Part shown: positions 10,440 to 18,755 of the stretch, piece by piece
How the letters are laid out: each line of letters opens with the position of its first letter
Numbering within the stretch: the stretch's first letter is position 1
Source: a virus
Taxonomy: Duplodnaviria; Caudoviricetes
IMG/VR virus record: IMGVR_UViG_3300031519_000071
Coordinates: 1-38,954 of that record
Strand: one strand, 5' to 3'
DNA: 38,954 nucleotides
The notes under the pieces: model-generated
What the model was told of the DNA's origin: nothing
Databases searched by the model: none
Seen by the model: the letters and a program-made list of their open reading frames with translations, nothing else
Position numbers and translations under genes: made by a program

Positions 10440-11990
10440 TTACTCCTCTTGTTCTTGTTGTATCAGGTCTAGCAACAGCCCTTGTAGCCGTTGCTTATTC
10501 TCAAGGCGTTTATACATTTTACGCTCTAGTTTCGTGGCTTCTATATGGACCACGTTAGAAGTATGTCGCTTACCAATTCTCTCTATACGTCCGTTGGCTT
10601 GTACATACTGTTCGTTACTTGTTATCGGGCCATACCAAATGATGGATGAGGCCGCTGTTAATGTAAGCCCGTGTGCCATAGTGGCAGGGTGGGCTAGGAT
10701 AATCTTAGGGTCAACACGCTCTTGAAAGTTCTGGAAGATAACGTTACGTTTCTTACTACTAACTGCCCCGTTGACCACACCGACTGTGTAATGTTTCGAT
10801 AGTTCCTTTTCTAACATATGTAAAGTTCCTGTCAAGGGGACAAATACAATAACTTTACCTCCAACTTCTTCTATGGTGTCCAACACCGCACGAACCCTAG
10901 GCTTACAGTCAAGCTCAACGTTCTCACCAGCGTCATTATAGGCCACGCCGCAAGCTATCTGAACTAACTTCTGCAACTTTACAGCCTCGTTAACTGCGGT
11001 GATCTGTTCCCCACCAACAACATCAGTGATAAACGCTTTCATCATCCTGTCATAGTGCATCTGCTGTTCTGCTGTTAGCTTAACCTCTCGCGTTTGAAAC
11101 ACAGTAGGGGGTAAGTCAAAACACTCATCACGGGTGTACCTAACCGCTGGTTGTAGAACATGTTTCACTGTGTCAAGTGCGCCAGCCTTTGGTTGGTATG
11201 ACCACCGCCCGAACTTCTCCATCACTTGATCTCGGAAGCCACCATATGTACGTGGTGCATAAGGACTATCAACTAACTTAGCAAGAGACCATGCGTCAGT
11301 AGGGTTGTTAGGTGTAGGTGTGCCAGTCATAAGCCATAACCTAACGTCAGGGTTAGAGGTCATCCACTTACTAAATAGTCTGAAACGTGTTGTGTTAGGT
11401 GTGCGATAGACAGCCGCCTCGTCAATGATAACTAAGTCAAACATACCTATCGCTTCATCAGAGATAATAGAGAAGCCATCATGGTTAACGATATAGAAGT
11501 CAACGTCTGTAGCCAGTAGTTTCCTACGCCTTTTAGCTGTGCCATGTAAGACAACGTGTCGCCTATGCAACATACCCTTAAAGATTGCGTCACCCCATAC
11601 ACGTTCTAGTGTGGATAGTGGAGATATAATAAGTACTTTGTTAATGACACCCATGTTCATCATGTAATCCGCAGCCCATAAAGCAGACTGGGTTTTGCCA
11701 GTGCCGATCTCATTAAGTACCAGTGCTTTCTTGTTCATGGTAAGGAAGGCGGCGGTGCTTTTCTGGTGTGCATAGGGTGTAAAGTCTCCTACCCAATCAT
11801 AGTAGTGCATGATGGGGGCTGGGGCTTTGATACCTAGGTTACGGAGAACCCGTACTTCCTCTGGCTTATGGGGTAGCACCACTAAGTTATCATACTTAGG
11901 CATGATGTGCGCTGTTGGTATGCACTCCAGAACACGTTGTGGGTTGTTAAGTTTCAAAGCTATTGCCTTGGCTTCCTCAACTACAAGCAT
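10440..11990 (-). CDS. SNF2/SF2-family helicase
   Basis: Walker A EIGTGKT, DEAA box, MTGTP motif III, HGLTLT, QANGRIERIG motif VI. Confidence 0.9.
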   Translation of the reverse strand: MLVVEEAKAIALKLNNPQRVLECIPTAHIMPKYDNLVVLPHKPEEVRVLRNLGIKAPAPIMHYYDWVGDFTPYAHQKSTAAFLTMNKKALVLNEIGTGKTQSALWAADYMMNMGVINKVLIISPLSTLERVWGDAIFKGMLHRRHVVLHGTAKRRRKLLATDVDFYIVNHDGFSIISDEAIGMFDLVIIDEAAVYRTPNTTRFRLFSKWMTSNPDVRLWLMTGTPTPNNPTDAWSLAKLVDSPYAPRTYGGFRDQVMEKFGRWSYQPKAGALDTVKHVLQPAVRYTRDECFDLPPTVFQTREVKLTAEQQMHYDRMMKAFITDVVGGEQITAVNEAVKLQKLVQIACGVAYNDAGENVELDCKPRVRAVLDTIEEVGGKVIVFVPLTGTLHMLEKELSKHYTVGVVNGAVSSKKRNVIFQNFQERVDPKIILAHPATMAHGLTLTAASSIIWYGPITSNEQYVQANGRIERIGKRHTSNVVHIEATKLERKMYKRLENKQRLQGLLLDLIQQEQEE

Positions 11991-12279
11991 CTATCCAGTC
12001 CTCTACTTTCTTAATAGTGGCGTCATCGTATACAACAAAGCATTTACCACCCGCACGTTCTATGTCACCCATACACTTCTTCTGTAGGGGAGTGGGCTTT
12101 TTACTATAGTCAGCCTTAGCTTCGATCCCTAACAGATGCCCATTTACACAGGCTATTCTGTCAGGGATACCAGCCGATCCGAAGGGTCCAGCTTGGGGAG
12201 GGAAAGACCACACTCCCCGCTTACTCTTCAGCATTTTCTCTAACTTCTTCTTAACCTTACCTTCTGGTGTGATACCCAT
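11977..12279 (-). CDS. VRR-NUC nuclease (Holliday-junction resolvase-like)
   Basis: PEGKVK...GIPDRI...IEAKA...PTPLQ motif set. Confidence 0.85.
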   Translation of the reverse strand: MGITPEGKVKKKLEKMLKSKRGVWSFPPQAGPFGSAGIPDRIACVNGHLLGIEAKADYSKKPTPLQKKCMGDIERAGGKCFVVYDDATIKKVEDWIDACS

Positions 12280-12280
12280 A

Positions 12281-12309
12281 GTTATAGTCTTACCTTACAT
12301 CAGTGTCAA
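12281..12309 (-). promoter_or_regulatory. Sigma70-type promoter
   Basis: TTGACA-17 nt-TATAAC on the minus strand in a short intergenic gap. Confidence 0.65.
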
Positions 12310-12316
12310 GTTTTAT

Positions 12317-12517
12317 TTAAAAGGGGGGTCTCCACCCTAGATGACTAGACCAGCGTAAAAAGAACCCACCATCTACATACCAGTCTCCATTGTCAAACAT
12401 GATGGACAGGAGTGTGTATGTCTCAAGCTTAGTTATGAATTGGCATAGGGTAAATCCGTACTCCCCCTGCTCTGGTATAATGCGTAGCTCGAATAGCTCA
12501 AATAAAATCCACATCAT
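12317..12517 (-). CDS. Hypothetical protein (66 aa)
   Basis: ATGA overlap with the upstream gene; fills the gap. Confidence 0.55.
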   Translation of the reverse strand: MMWILFELFELRIIPEQGEYGFTLCQFITKLETYTLLSIMFDNGDWYVDGGFFLRWSSHLGWRPPF

Positions 12518-13167
12518 CCGAACTCACATAAATCTTTTGCTGGACACCACGGGCATAGGCCACTGGGCTTAGGGGGCCACTGATCTTTAGCAAGAGACTG
12601 TTCAATACGAGTAACCTTACCCATGAACTTCTCCCATAGCTTAGGAGTATCCTCCCTTGTGTAAGTCTCAGTGTCTATCTTCATATCCTTAAGCCATATA
12701 AGCGAGGACTTCACACGCTGTACGGCTGGGTATAACTTGAACACAAGGATGGCGAACAGTTCCATCTGGAAGAAGTCGGGCCTATGCTTACCTGTTTTCC
12801 AGTCACCGACCACTGCCTCAGTGCCATTGATAACTAGGATGTCCAGCTTAGCGCGGAGCCATGCATCAGCATCCCACCAGCCTGTTGCCTTGAGCTCTTT
12901 GTTAAGGGTGAACTCTTGCTCTGCAACAAGTTGTCCGGGGAGTGACGCAAACGCAACGGCCAGTGCCTCATACTTCGCACTCTCTTCCGGCAAGGGTGTG
13001 CCTTCCTTAAGGCGTAGCTCAAGCTGTTCATGTATACGGTTACCATAGATGCTGGCCTCACCGAAGGAAGCCTTCACCTCCTTGGTGATACGCTGCATAT
13101 GGTACTGGCGGGGGCAGTTGTCATACTGCTTAAGGGCTGAGTAGCTGTGCGCTAGGGGCTTAGTCAC
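12514..13167 (-). CDS. PD-(D/E)xK Cas4/RecB-like exonuclease
   Basis: HSYS...CPRQY, GNRIH, LD...DWKTGK, QMELFA and C-terminal CPWCPAKDLC (four-Cys Fe-S staple). Confidence 0.85.
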   Translation of the reverse strand: MTKPLAHSYSALKQYDNCPRQYHMQRITKEVKASFGEASIYGNRIHEQLELRLKEGTPLPEESAKYEALAVAFASLPGQLVAEQEFTLNKELKATGWWDADAWLRAKLDILVINGTEAVVGDWKTGKHRPDFFQMELFAILVFKLYPAVQRVKSSLIWLKDMKIDTETYTREDTPKLWEKFMGKVTRIEQSLAKDQWPPKPSGLCPWCPAKDLCEFG

Positions 13168-15365
13168 TTACATTCTCCGTAGTTATCACCAATGGCAGAC
13201 TCGCAAGCCACTGGTAGTGTTGTTGCCCACGCTGGTGGGGTACTCATTATCTTCTCTACAACTTGTTGTGCTGTTTGTGCTTCACCGGACGACACGTTGA
13301 CTATGATCTCATCATGCACTTGGAAGACAACATGGTAGTGCTGGCCGACAGCAGTCATCTGATCTGTAATAACAATACGTGCCAGTGCTTGGATAATATT
13401 CTCAGTAACTTTACCACCATATATATTAGTCCACGCTATATCACTATGTTCTTTGCTTATAAACTTACGGAACGTACGTGCGTCAGCTATATATTCAAAC
13501 CTATTATCTCTTGCACGTAGCGCAGTATAGCGTAGCACCATTGTATTAGGGAGAACTATTCCGTCAGGGCTATAGCCTATAAAGTTACCAACCACACCAG
13601 ACTGACCGCTAACCATATCCTTTAACAGTGTGTCGCACCGCGTCCACAATGCTTTAATCATGGGGTATGTGTCTCGGTATAGGTAAACTATACGCTTAGC
13701 TTCTTCCTCACCTATGTCATTGTTGGTCTGTAACTTGATAGTGTCACGGAATTTTACATGGCCCATGCCATAGCCTAACCCTAGTATACAAGTCTTACCA
13801 ACGAACCGTTGCTCTTTAGTAATCTCCGACTCGGCTATGTTGTACACACGGGCAGCGAATTGTTTGTACACATCTTCACCACGGTTGAACGCCTCGACTA
13901 GATCATGCTGTCCTGCAACATGTGCCAGCATACGTGCCTCTATCTGGCTTGAGTCGCAAGCGATTAGCTTATGTCCTTCAGGAGAACATATTGCAGTACG
14001 TATGACGTTGTTCCCGCGAGCAGGCAGGTTCTGTAGGTTTAGTTTGTCGCCTCCGCTGAACCGCCCAGTGTGTGCGCCGTAGTACTTAAGCATGATAGGC
14101 AGAGGCCCACGCTTAGATACCTCGATTAATCGTTGCGTCCTTGTCTCCTCTATGGTAGACTTGGTGCCAAGTCTAACGTCTACAACAGCCCTAATCGAGG
14201 GGCTGCTATGATTAAGTAAGTCCTTCATCCCTTGGTCGGTCTTAGCAAATGCAAATGTTTCTTTGCCAGTAGTAAGACTGGTCTTCATAGGTACGTCAGC
14301 ACCTAGGGCAGCTAGCAGTGCAGCGAACTGTATATTACTGTTAAGTGCTTTCTTTGCAGCCTCTGGGTCACCACCCCCCAACTTGTTGAGGAGTGTTAGC
14401 TTACGATCTTGCTCCGCCTTGAGGTGGGCTTCTAACTTGAACCGATCTAACTCAATCACAGACTCGGTATACATACGTATGGTCTGGTCAATGACCATGA
14501 GTTCGCTGACAGGAAAACCTTTCCTTAGTTCCTTGAACAACTTGTACGTTAGTTCCGTATCGTTAATACAGTAGTCACCATACTGGGTTAGATCAGTGGG
14601 CGTGAAGTCCTTGCGCCTCTTACCTAGTGCATCAACAACCTCAGTCCCTTTCTCACCTAGGCCAAAGTCAAGCACTAAGTTCTTTAAGCTCCCACCTACT
14701 GTGACACTGTGCGTAGGCTTAGCCATCGACATGGTATCGAACCAGAACTTGGGCTTGATACCGAAGTGTTCTGATAGGATAAGCCCATCAAACGCTGTGT
14801 TGTGGCAGAGAATAGCCTTGTTGCTGTAGTCCAACGAGTTGAGGAACGTACGTGTACCCTCCATTGTACCGCTGAACCAATCAGTAGGGCCATCATTAAC
14901 CTTGATTGACACACCAATCACCTCAAACTTATCATGCCTGACGTACTCTTCAGTGGTCATCTTACCAAGGCCATAGTCCTTAGAGTAATAGGTCTCAAAG
15001 TCTAGCGTTACTATATCCATCGGCTTTGGTTGCTCCTGTTTGTATAAGTTGCTGCGCCATTGCGTTACCAGCGGCATATGATTGTGCGTTTCTTTAGGGA
15101 TCGTCTTGCCTATCTTGGTCATCCAGCCTATGCGGGACACCGCATTGGGGCCAGACACCCAGACATTAGGGTGCAGACTAGAGGGGCGGCGTAGCCCCTG
15201 ATCTTCACATGCTTTACGGAACTCATCACCGTTAACCACGGGCTTGGATAGCAGAAGTTGTTCTACAACAAGGAGGTACCCCGCGACGAACCTAGGCTCT
15301 GTCGCTTTCGCTTTACCCCAGCACTTATCAGCCAGAGCCATAGCGTTCTTCATCCTTGCGCTCAT
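13164..15365 (-). CDS. polA: Family A DNA polymerase with 3'-5' exonuclease and ~115-aa N-terminal extra domain (core starts at ATG 15020)
   Basis: Exo motifs DFETY, HNTAFD, YCIND; Pol motifs CDSSQIEAR, RFVGKTCILGLGYG, VHDE. Start uncertain (GTG 15377 or ATG 15365); internal AGGAG plus ATG at 15020. Confidence 0.92.
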   Translation of the reverse strand: MSARMKNAMALADKCWGKAKATEPRFVAGYLLVVEQLLLSKPVVNGDEFRKACEDQGLRRPSSLHPNVWVSGPNAVSRIGWMTKIGKTIPKETHNHMPLVTQWRSNLYKQEQPKPMDIVTLDFETYYSKDYGLGKMTTEEYVRHDKFEVIGVSIKVNDGPTDWFSGTMEGTRTFLNSLDYSNKAILCHNTAFDGLILSEHFGIKPKFWFDTMSMAKPTHSVTVGGSLKNLVLDFGLGEKGTEVVDALGKRRKDFTPTDLTQYGDYCINDTELTYKLFKELRKGFPVSELMVIDQTIRMYTESVIELDRFKLEAHLKAEQDRKLTLLNKLGGGDPEAAKKALNSNIQFAALLAALGADVPMKTSLTTGKETFAFAKTDQGMKDLLNHSSPSIRAVVDVRLGTKSTIEETRTQRLIEVSKRGPLPIMLKYYGAHTGRFSGGDKLNLQNLPARGNNVIRTAICSPEGHKLIACDSSQIEARMLAHVAGQHDLVEAFNRGEDVYKQFAARVYNIAESEITKEQRFVGKTCILGLGYGMGHVKFRDTIKLQTNNDIGEEEAKRIVYLYRDTYPMIKALWTRCDTLLKDMVSGQSGVVGNFIGYSPDGIVLPNTMVLRYTALRARDNRFEYIADARTFRKFISKEHSDIAWTNIYGGKVTENIIQALARIVITDQMTAVGQHYHVVFQVHDEIIVNVSSGEAQTAQQVVEKIMSTPPAWATTLPVACESAIGDNYGECK

Positions 15366-15366
15366 G

Positions 15367-15717
15367 CTATCCGGCACGATCATCCTCCCCAATGTTGCGT
15401 CCTTCATAGGCGATCAGGAACATGATACAGCATGCGGCATGCCATAGGTGGGGTCGGGAACTCTCAGCGTCAAACTTCTCACCACGCCACCAAGCCCACA
15501 TATGACGCATCAATGCACCGAAGGGGCGTGACCAGTGCATGCCCTCCTCCCAATTACGTGCGCCATATTTCTCTGCGCCGAACTTAAGTATGGTAGCTGT
15601 ACCCTCAAGGAACTCAGGGGCTAGCAGTTCGTACGGTATTTTATCTTGGTCAAACTTAACAGCTTGTCCTTCTGCGGCTTCTTTCCTAGATGGTATACGT
15701 ACTCTCTTCTCTGACAT
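15367..15717 (-). CDS. dATP/dGTP diphosphohydrolase (DUF5664 family)
   Basis: KFDQDK..YELL...FGAEKYGARNW..G..WSR...ALMRH..AW..GE..D.ES..PHL.HA.CC signature; TAGGAG RBS. Confidence 0.85.
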   Translation of the reverse strand: MSEKRVRIPSRKEAAEGQAVKFDQDKIPYELLAPEFLEGTATILKFGAEKYGARNWEEGMHWSRPFGALMRHMWAWWRGEKFDAESSRPHLWHAACCIMFLIAYEGRNIGEDDRAG

Positions 15718-16150
15718 AATTATCTCCTAGTGTGTATAGTTTAACACCCAACCCACAGTGGACTGAGTGTTTGTTCGCTGCTTCTACAGCTTGTTCTGCT
15801 GTTGCACCCATAGCTAACGCGCCATAGGCGAAGTCTCTACCTTCACCGAAGGCACAAGGTGTGCGTCCGTGTTCAATAGGTATTGGCCCTTGCTCCCATC
15901 TTTGTAGGCCATGCTTGTTTACGACTACGAAATGACATGCGTAAGGCCCAAGCTGTGCGTCTGGAAACTTGTTGTGGAGCGCACCTTCTACGTACCATTG
16001 TCGCATCTGAAGTATAGTTTGTAGTGGGCCAGCCCCTGACATTATAACATCGTCAAGTTGCCATGCTTTGTCTGTCTCCCATTGAGCAGCACCATCAGTA
16101 GCGGCAACGTCAGTAGCTAAGGTAGCACCATCCCATACAATGACTGTCAT
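15686..16150 (-). CDS. Ntn-hydrolase / proteasome-beta (HslV-like) fold phage protein
   Basis: Revised start gives M-T-V-I-V-W-D-G-A-T-L-A-T-D (Thr1), with Lys in TDKAW and the C-terminal AFGEG.DFAYGALAMGATAEQAVEAA pattern; TAATG overlap with the upstream mini-ORF. Confidence 0.65.
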   Translation of the reverse strand: MTVIVWDGATLATDVAATDGAAQWETDKAWQLDDVIMSGAGPLQTILQMRQWYVEGALHNKFPDAQLGPYACHFVVVNKHGLQRWEQGPIPIEHGRTPCAFGEGRDFAYGALAMGATAEQAVEAANKHSVHCGLGVKLYTLGDNYVREESTYTI

Positions 16151-16236
16151 TACCTTCGCCCATGCAGTACACCCCACAAGTAGCTGTCCAACTTAGCGGC
16201 ATAGTGGCTAATGCGTAGCAGTATTTTTCTTATCAT
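16150..16236 (-). CDS. Small protein (28 aa) MIRKILLRISHYAAKLDSYLWGVLHGRR, not in the ORF track
   Basis: AAGGA RBS; ATGA overlap upstream and TAATG overlap downstream; fills the gap exactly. Confidence 0.7.
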   Translation of the reverse strand: MIRKILLRISHYAAKLDSYLWGVLHGRR

Positions 16237-16415
16237 AACGAAGTCCTTTTAAATTTTTGTATGGTGTTCCAGTTGATAGCTTTGTTGTCACTCTTTAACA
16301 CAACATCTTCAAACTGTTGGCCTTTCATTTTTTTAGCGATGCTTTTCTCACGTTCTTTAACGTCCTTGATATGCTTAGGCCAGCCAGAGTTATCTTCTTT
16401 CGTTCTTCTTGGCAT
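16233..16415 (-). CDS. Hypothetical basic protein (60 aa, MPRRTKED...)
   Basis: TGATG overlap with the hydrolase stop codon. Confidence 0.6.
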   Translation of the reverse strand: MPRRTKEDNSGWPKHIKDVKEREKSIAKKMKGQQFEDVVLKSDNKAINWNTIQKFKRTSL

Positions 16416-16831
16416 CAGTCCCACCTATAAAAAATATGGTTCTCTATTTGCACTACTCTGGTCTTAACCATTGCCCAGTCAGGGTGTACACTTGTTGCAT
16501 GGTAATGAGTTGCACCATCTGTTTGGTCTAGCCACACCCCTGCAAGTACATGGCTTGCAATATCAACTGCAAAGCTAAACGCTTCCTCGTTTTCAGGGTC
16601 ATCTGATTTGCCATCACAGTAAAAAGAAAACTGGCATTGATCTCTGTAAACTATATCCGTAGGCTTACTACCAAGTCTCCCTTGTGTTATAACTTCGCAC
16701 ACATCATCGGGATACCGTTCATCCCAAACCCTATTCATAACTACGTTGGCTACAGCAAGTTGTCCAGCTAACGGCTCGGCTCTTGCCTCGAAGTATATGG
16801 CTACCGCCATACAAGCTAATGAAGAAAGCAT
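16415..16831 (-). CDS. Cell wall hydrolase, SleB/Hydrolase_2 family
   Basis: CMAVAIYFEARAEP..GQLAVANVVMNRV...CQFSFYCDG...GATHYHA...P.W...I.NHIFY; GGAGG RBS. Confidence 0.92.
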   Translation of the reverse strand: MLSSLACMAVAIYFEARAEPLAGQLAVANVVMNRVWDERYPDDVCEVITQGRLGSKPTDIVYRDQCQFSFYCDGKSDDPENEEAFSFAVDIASHVLAGVWLDQTDGATHYHATSVHPDWAMVKTRVVQIENHIFYRWD

Positions 16832-16840
16832 ATTCCCCTC

Positions 16841-17035
16841 CTAATCTGTTACCTCATCTTCTATATCTAATAAGTCTTCATCATAATACCTGTTACAGTT
16901 ATTGCGCTTACCTAACACAACAAGTTCTCCGTACATATTACGCTCCTCGTTACGTCCGTGATGTTCTCTACGTTTCTCACGCTCAGATGAGTTTGCAAAA
17001 TATATACTACGTAATATTCCTGATATGTATGTCAT
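16841..17035 (-). CDS. Hypothetical protein (64 aa)
   Basis: Gap-filling ORF in the operon direction; start uncertain. Confidence 0.45.
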   Translation of the reverse strand: MTYISGILRSIYFANSSEREKRREHHGRNEERNMYGELVVLGKRNNCNRYYDEDLLDIEDEVTD

Positions 17036-17050
17036 TACTTTACTTCACCG

Positions 17051-17881
17051 TCAAGTTATTTGTCTACCAAACACACCATAGCTTGAGCGATAGTGTGTAC
17101 TTTGGGTGTTAAACACAGTGTCTACATTGGCAAGTACCATACTATCAGTTGGCTTTGTCTGGTTCCAGCTTAATGCGGTGGTCTGGACTAGTAGCTTGAG
17201 CAAGTTAGGGGGGTACTCCTCGGTACGCAGACACTCCAGAACTTGTTGTGTTATCTCAGGCGAGTCCCACTTTGGAAGGTTCTGAGCGTACCGCCAATTT
17301 CCAAAGTTATTTGCTTTACGTTCTTCTGCAACTTCTTCTATGTACCCTTGCAATGCACCTACTTTAGCCCTTGCCTTCAGTCCTTTCTTGAACCGCTTCA
17401 CATCACGTAGCCATTGCTTGCGAACCTCTGGTATAACAGTGTCAAGTAAGTCAGGTCTTGGGTTGAGGCAAGTGCGTGTAGGCAAGTTGAATTGTATACC
17501 CTTAAAGTATTCAAGAGTTTTGGAAGCGTCGTACTTGGGGATGTGTGTAAAATTACTACCCATATAAGACACACTGAAACATGATTCAGCCAGCGTGTAT
17601 ATACCCTTACGTTTACGCTGTAGCATAAGCGGAATGATCTTGAATAGAACACAAACCAAAGAAGTGTTTATATCTAAAAGCTCTTGGGTTGACATTGTGA
17701 ACGTGACTGTATCTGTCTCGTCTATCTCGAATAGTCTTATGTTACCACAACTAACAGTGTACAAGTCGTTGTGCTTGTGCATCCTGTAACCAGCGGGTAA
17801 AGGCTTGCCTTTTTTCTCTGAACGGCAGGTATTAAATAAAGCAACGCAGTCTTGGTAAGATGTTAAGTTTACTGGTCCCAT
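17051..17881 (-). CDS. Hypothetical protein (276 aa)
   Basis: TAGGAG RBS; long ORF in the operon direction. Confidence 0.8.
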   Translation of the reverse strand: MGPVNLTSYQDCVALFNTCRSEKKGKPLPAGYRMHKHNDLYTVSCGNIRLFEIDETDTVTFTMSTQELLDINTSLVCVLFKIIPLMLQRKRKGIYTLAESCFSVSYMGSNFTHIPKYDASKTLEYFKGIQFNLPTRTCLNPRPDLLDTVIPEVRKQWLRDVKRFKKGLKARAKVGALQGYIEEVAEERKANNFGNWRYAQNLPKWDSPEITQQVLECLRTEEYPPNLLKLLVQTTALSWNQTKPTDSMVLANVDTVFNTQSTHYRSSYGVFGRQIT

Positions 17882-17892
17882 GTTTAGTTCTC

Positions 17893-18552
17893 CTATCTGG
17901 TAAGTTTGGCTAGTGTGGAAGCGGCAGTCATTGCGGCTAGATCAATCTCCTCAACAGAAAGAGACTTAGCTTTACGTTCTACAATTTGTTTGTGTCGTTC
18001 TTGTTTATCTTGTGGAACTAAGTCCCATAATGGAGGCCATGCTTTTAAAGCAGGGGCTAAAGTAGTGTATGTATCCATGATTTTATTAACACCACTAACG
18101 AAAGCTGATCTTTCATCTTCGAGCCTACGTATGGCATCACAGTACTTCTTGTACTCCGCTCTGAATGTATCCCATCGAGTATCAGAAGGGTCAAGAGTCC
18201 ATCCATTATAGGTACGAGACTCACCCATTAGCCCGTGTAGTTCTGCTTCTATCTCATTAGGAATAGGTGCAGAGTTAGTTAGTTTCATCCTAACAGTATA
18301 GTTATCGTTGGCAGACCACACCCCCTCCTGACTGTCAAATCCTCTTATGTCTATGTCATTACTGCGACGAAAGTAACTTTTTGGTAGCGATTGCATAGCA
18401 GTCTTATGGTCTCTAAACGCCACATCATAGACTGTCTGCCCCCAAGTATCAGGGTGGTTCTTCTGTGCTTCCTCCATCCTATCACTGAACAAACGCTTTG
18501 CGTTGTTAATGATATCACTTCTAAGTTCACCACTAAATCTAACTGTAGCCAT
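17893..18552 (-). CDS. Nmad5-like (nucleotide-modification-associated domain 5) protein
   Basis: CTAGGAGT RBS; N-terminal VRFSGELRSDII and C-terminal TTLAPALKAWPPLWDLVP resemble the Nmad5 T..L...WP....LP pattern. Confidence 0.5.
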   Translation of the reverse strand: MATVRFSGELRSDIINNAKRLFSDRMEEAQKNHPDTWGQTVYDVAFRDHKTAMQSLPKSYFRRSNDIDIRGFDSQEGVWSANDNYTVRMKLTNSAPIPNEIEAELHGLMGESRTYNGWTLDPSDTRWDTFRAEYKKYCDAIRRLEDERSAFVSGVNKIMDTYTTLAPALKAWPPLWDLVPQDKQERHKQIVERKAKSLSVEEIDLAAMTAASTLAKLTR

Positions 18553-18557
18553 ATTAT

Positions 18558-18755
18558 TTAACTCCTAGTTTGTGTTACGTGGACATCCCCATTGGAGTCC
18601 ATGCTTACTTTCATTGAACTGTTAGCCAACCCCATGATGGTATCGGCAAACCTATCCAATGCCTTACGTTGTTTGTGTATGACAACTTGTTGCACTACGA
18701 TAAACACTATCGCTAGCACCAACGCAATCCCTGCGATCTCATATGTGTACATCAC
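18558..18755 (-). CDS. Small protein with N-terminal transmembrane helix
   Basis: IAGIALVLAIVFIVV hydrophobic stretch; overlaps the upstream stop. Confidence 0.7.
   Translation of the reverse strand: MMYTYEIAGIALVLAIVFIVVQQVVIHKQRKALDRFADTIMGLANSSMKVSMDSNGDVHVTQTRS

Noticed and set aside
13164-15717. Z-genome (2-aminoadenine) system
   Set aside because: No purZ-like ORF in the window; DUF5664 alone is insufficient
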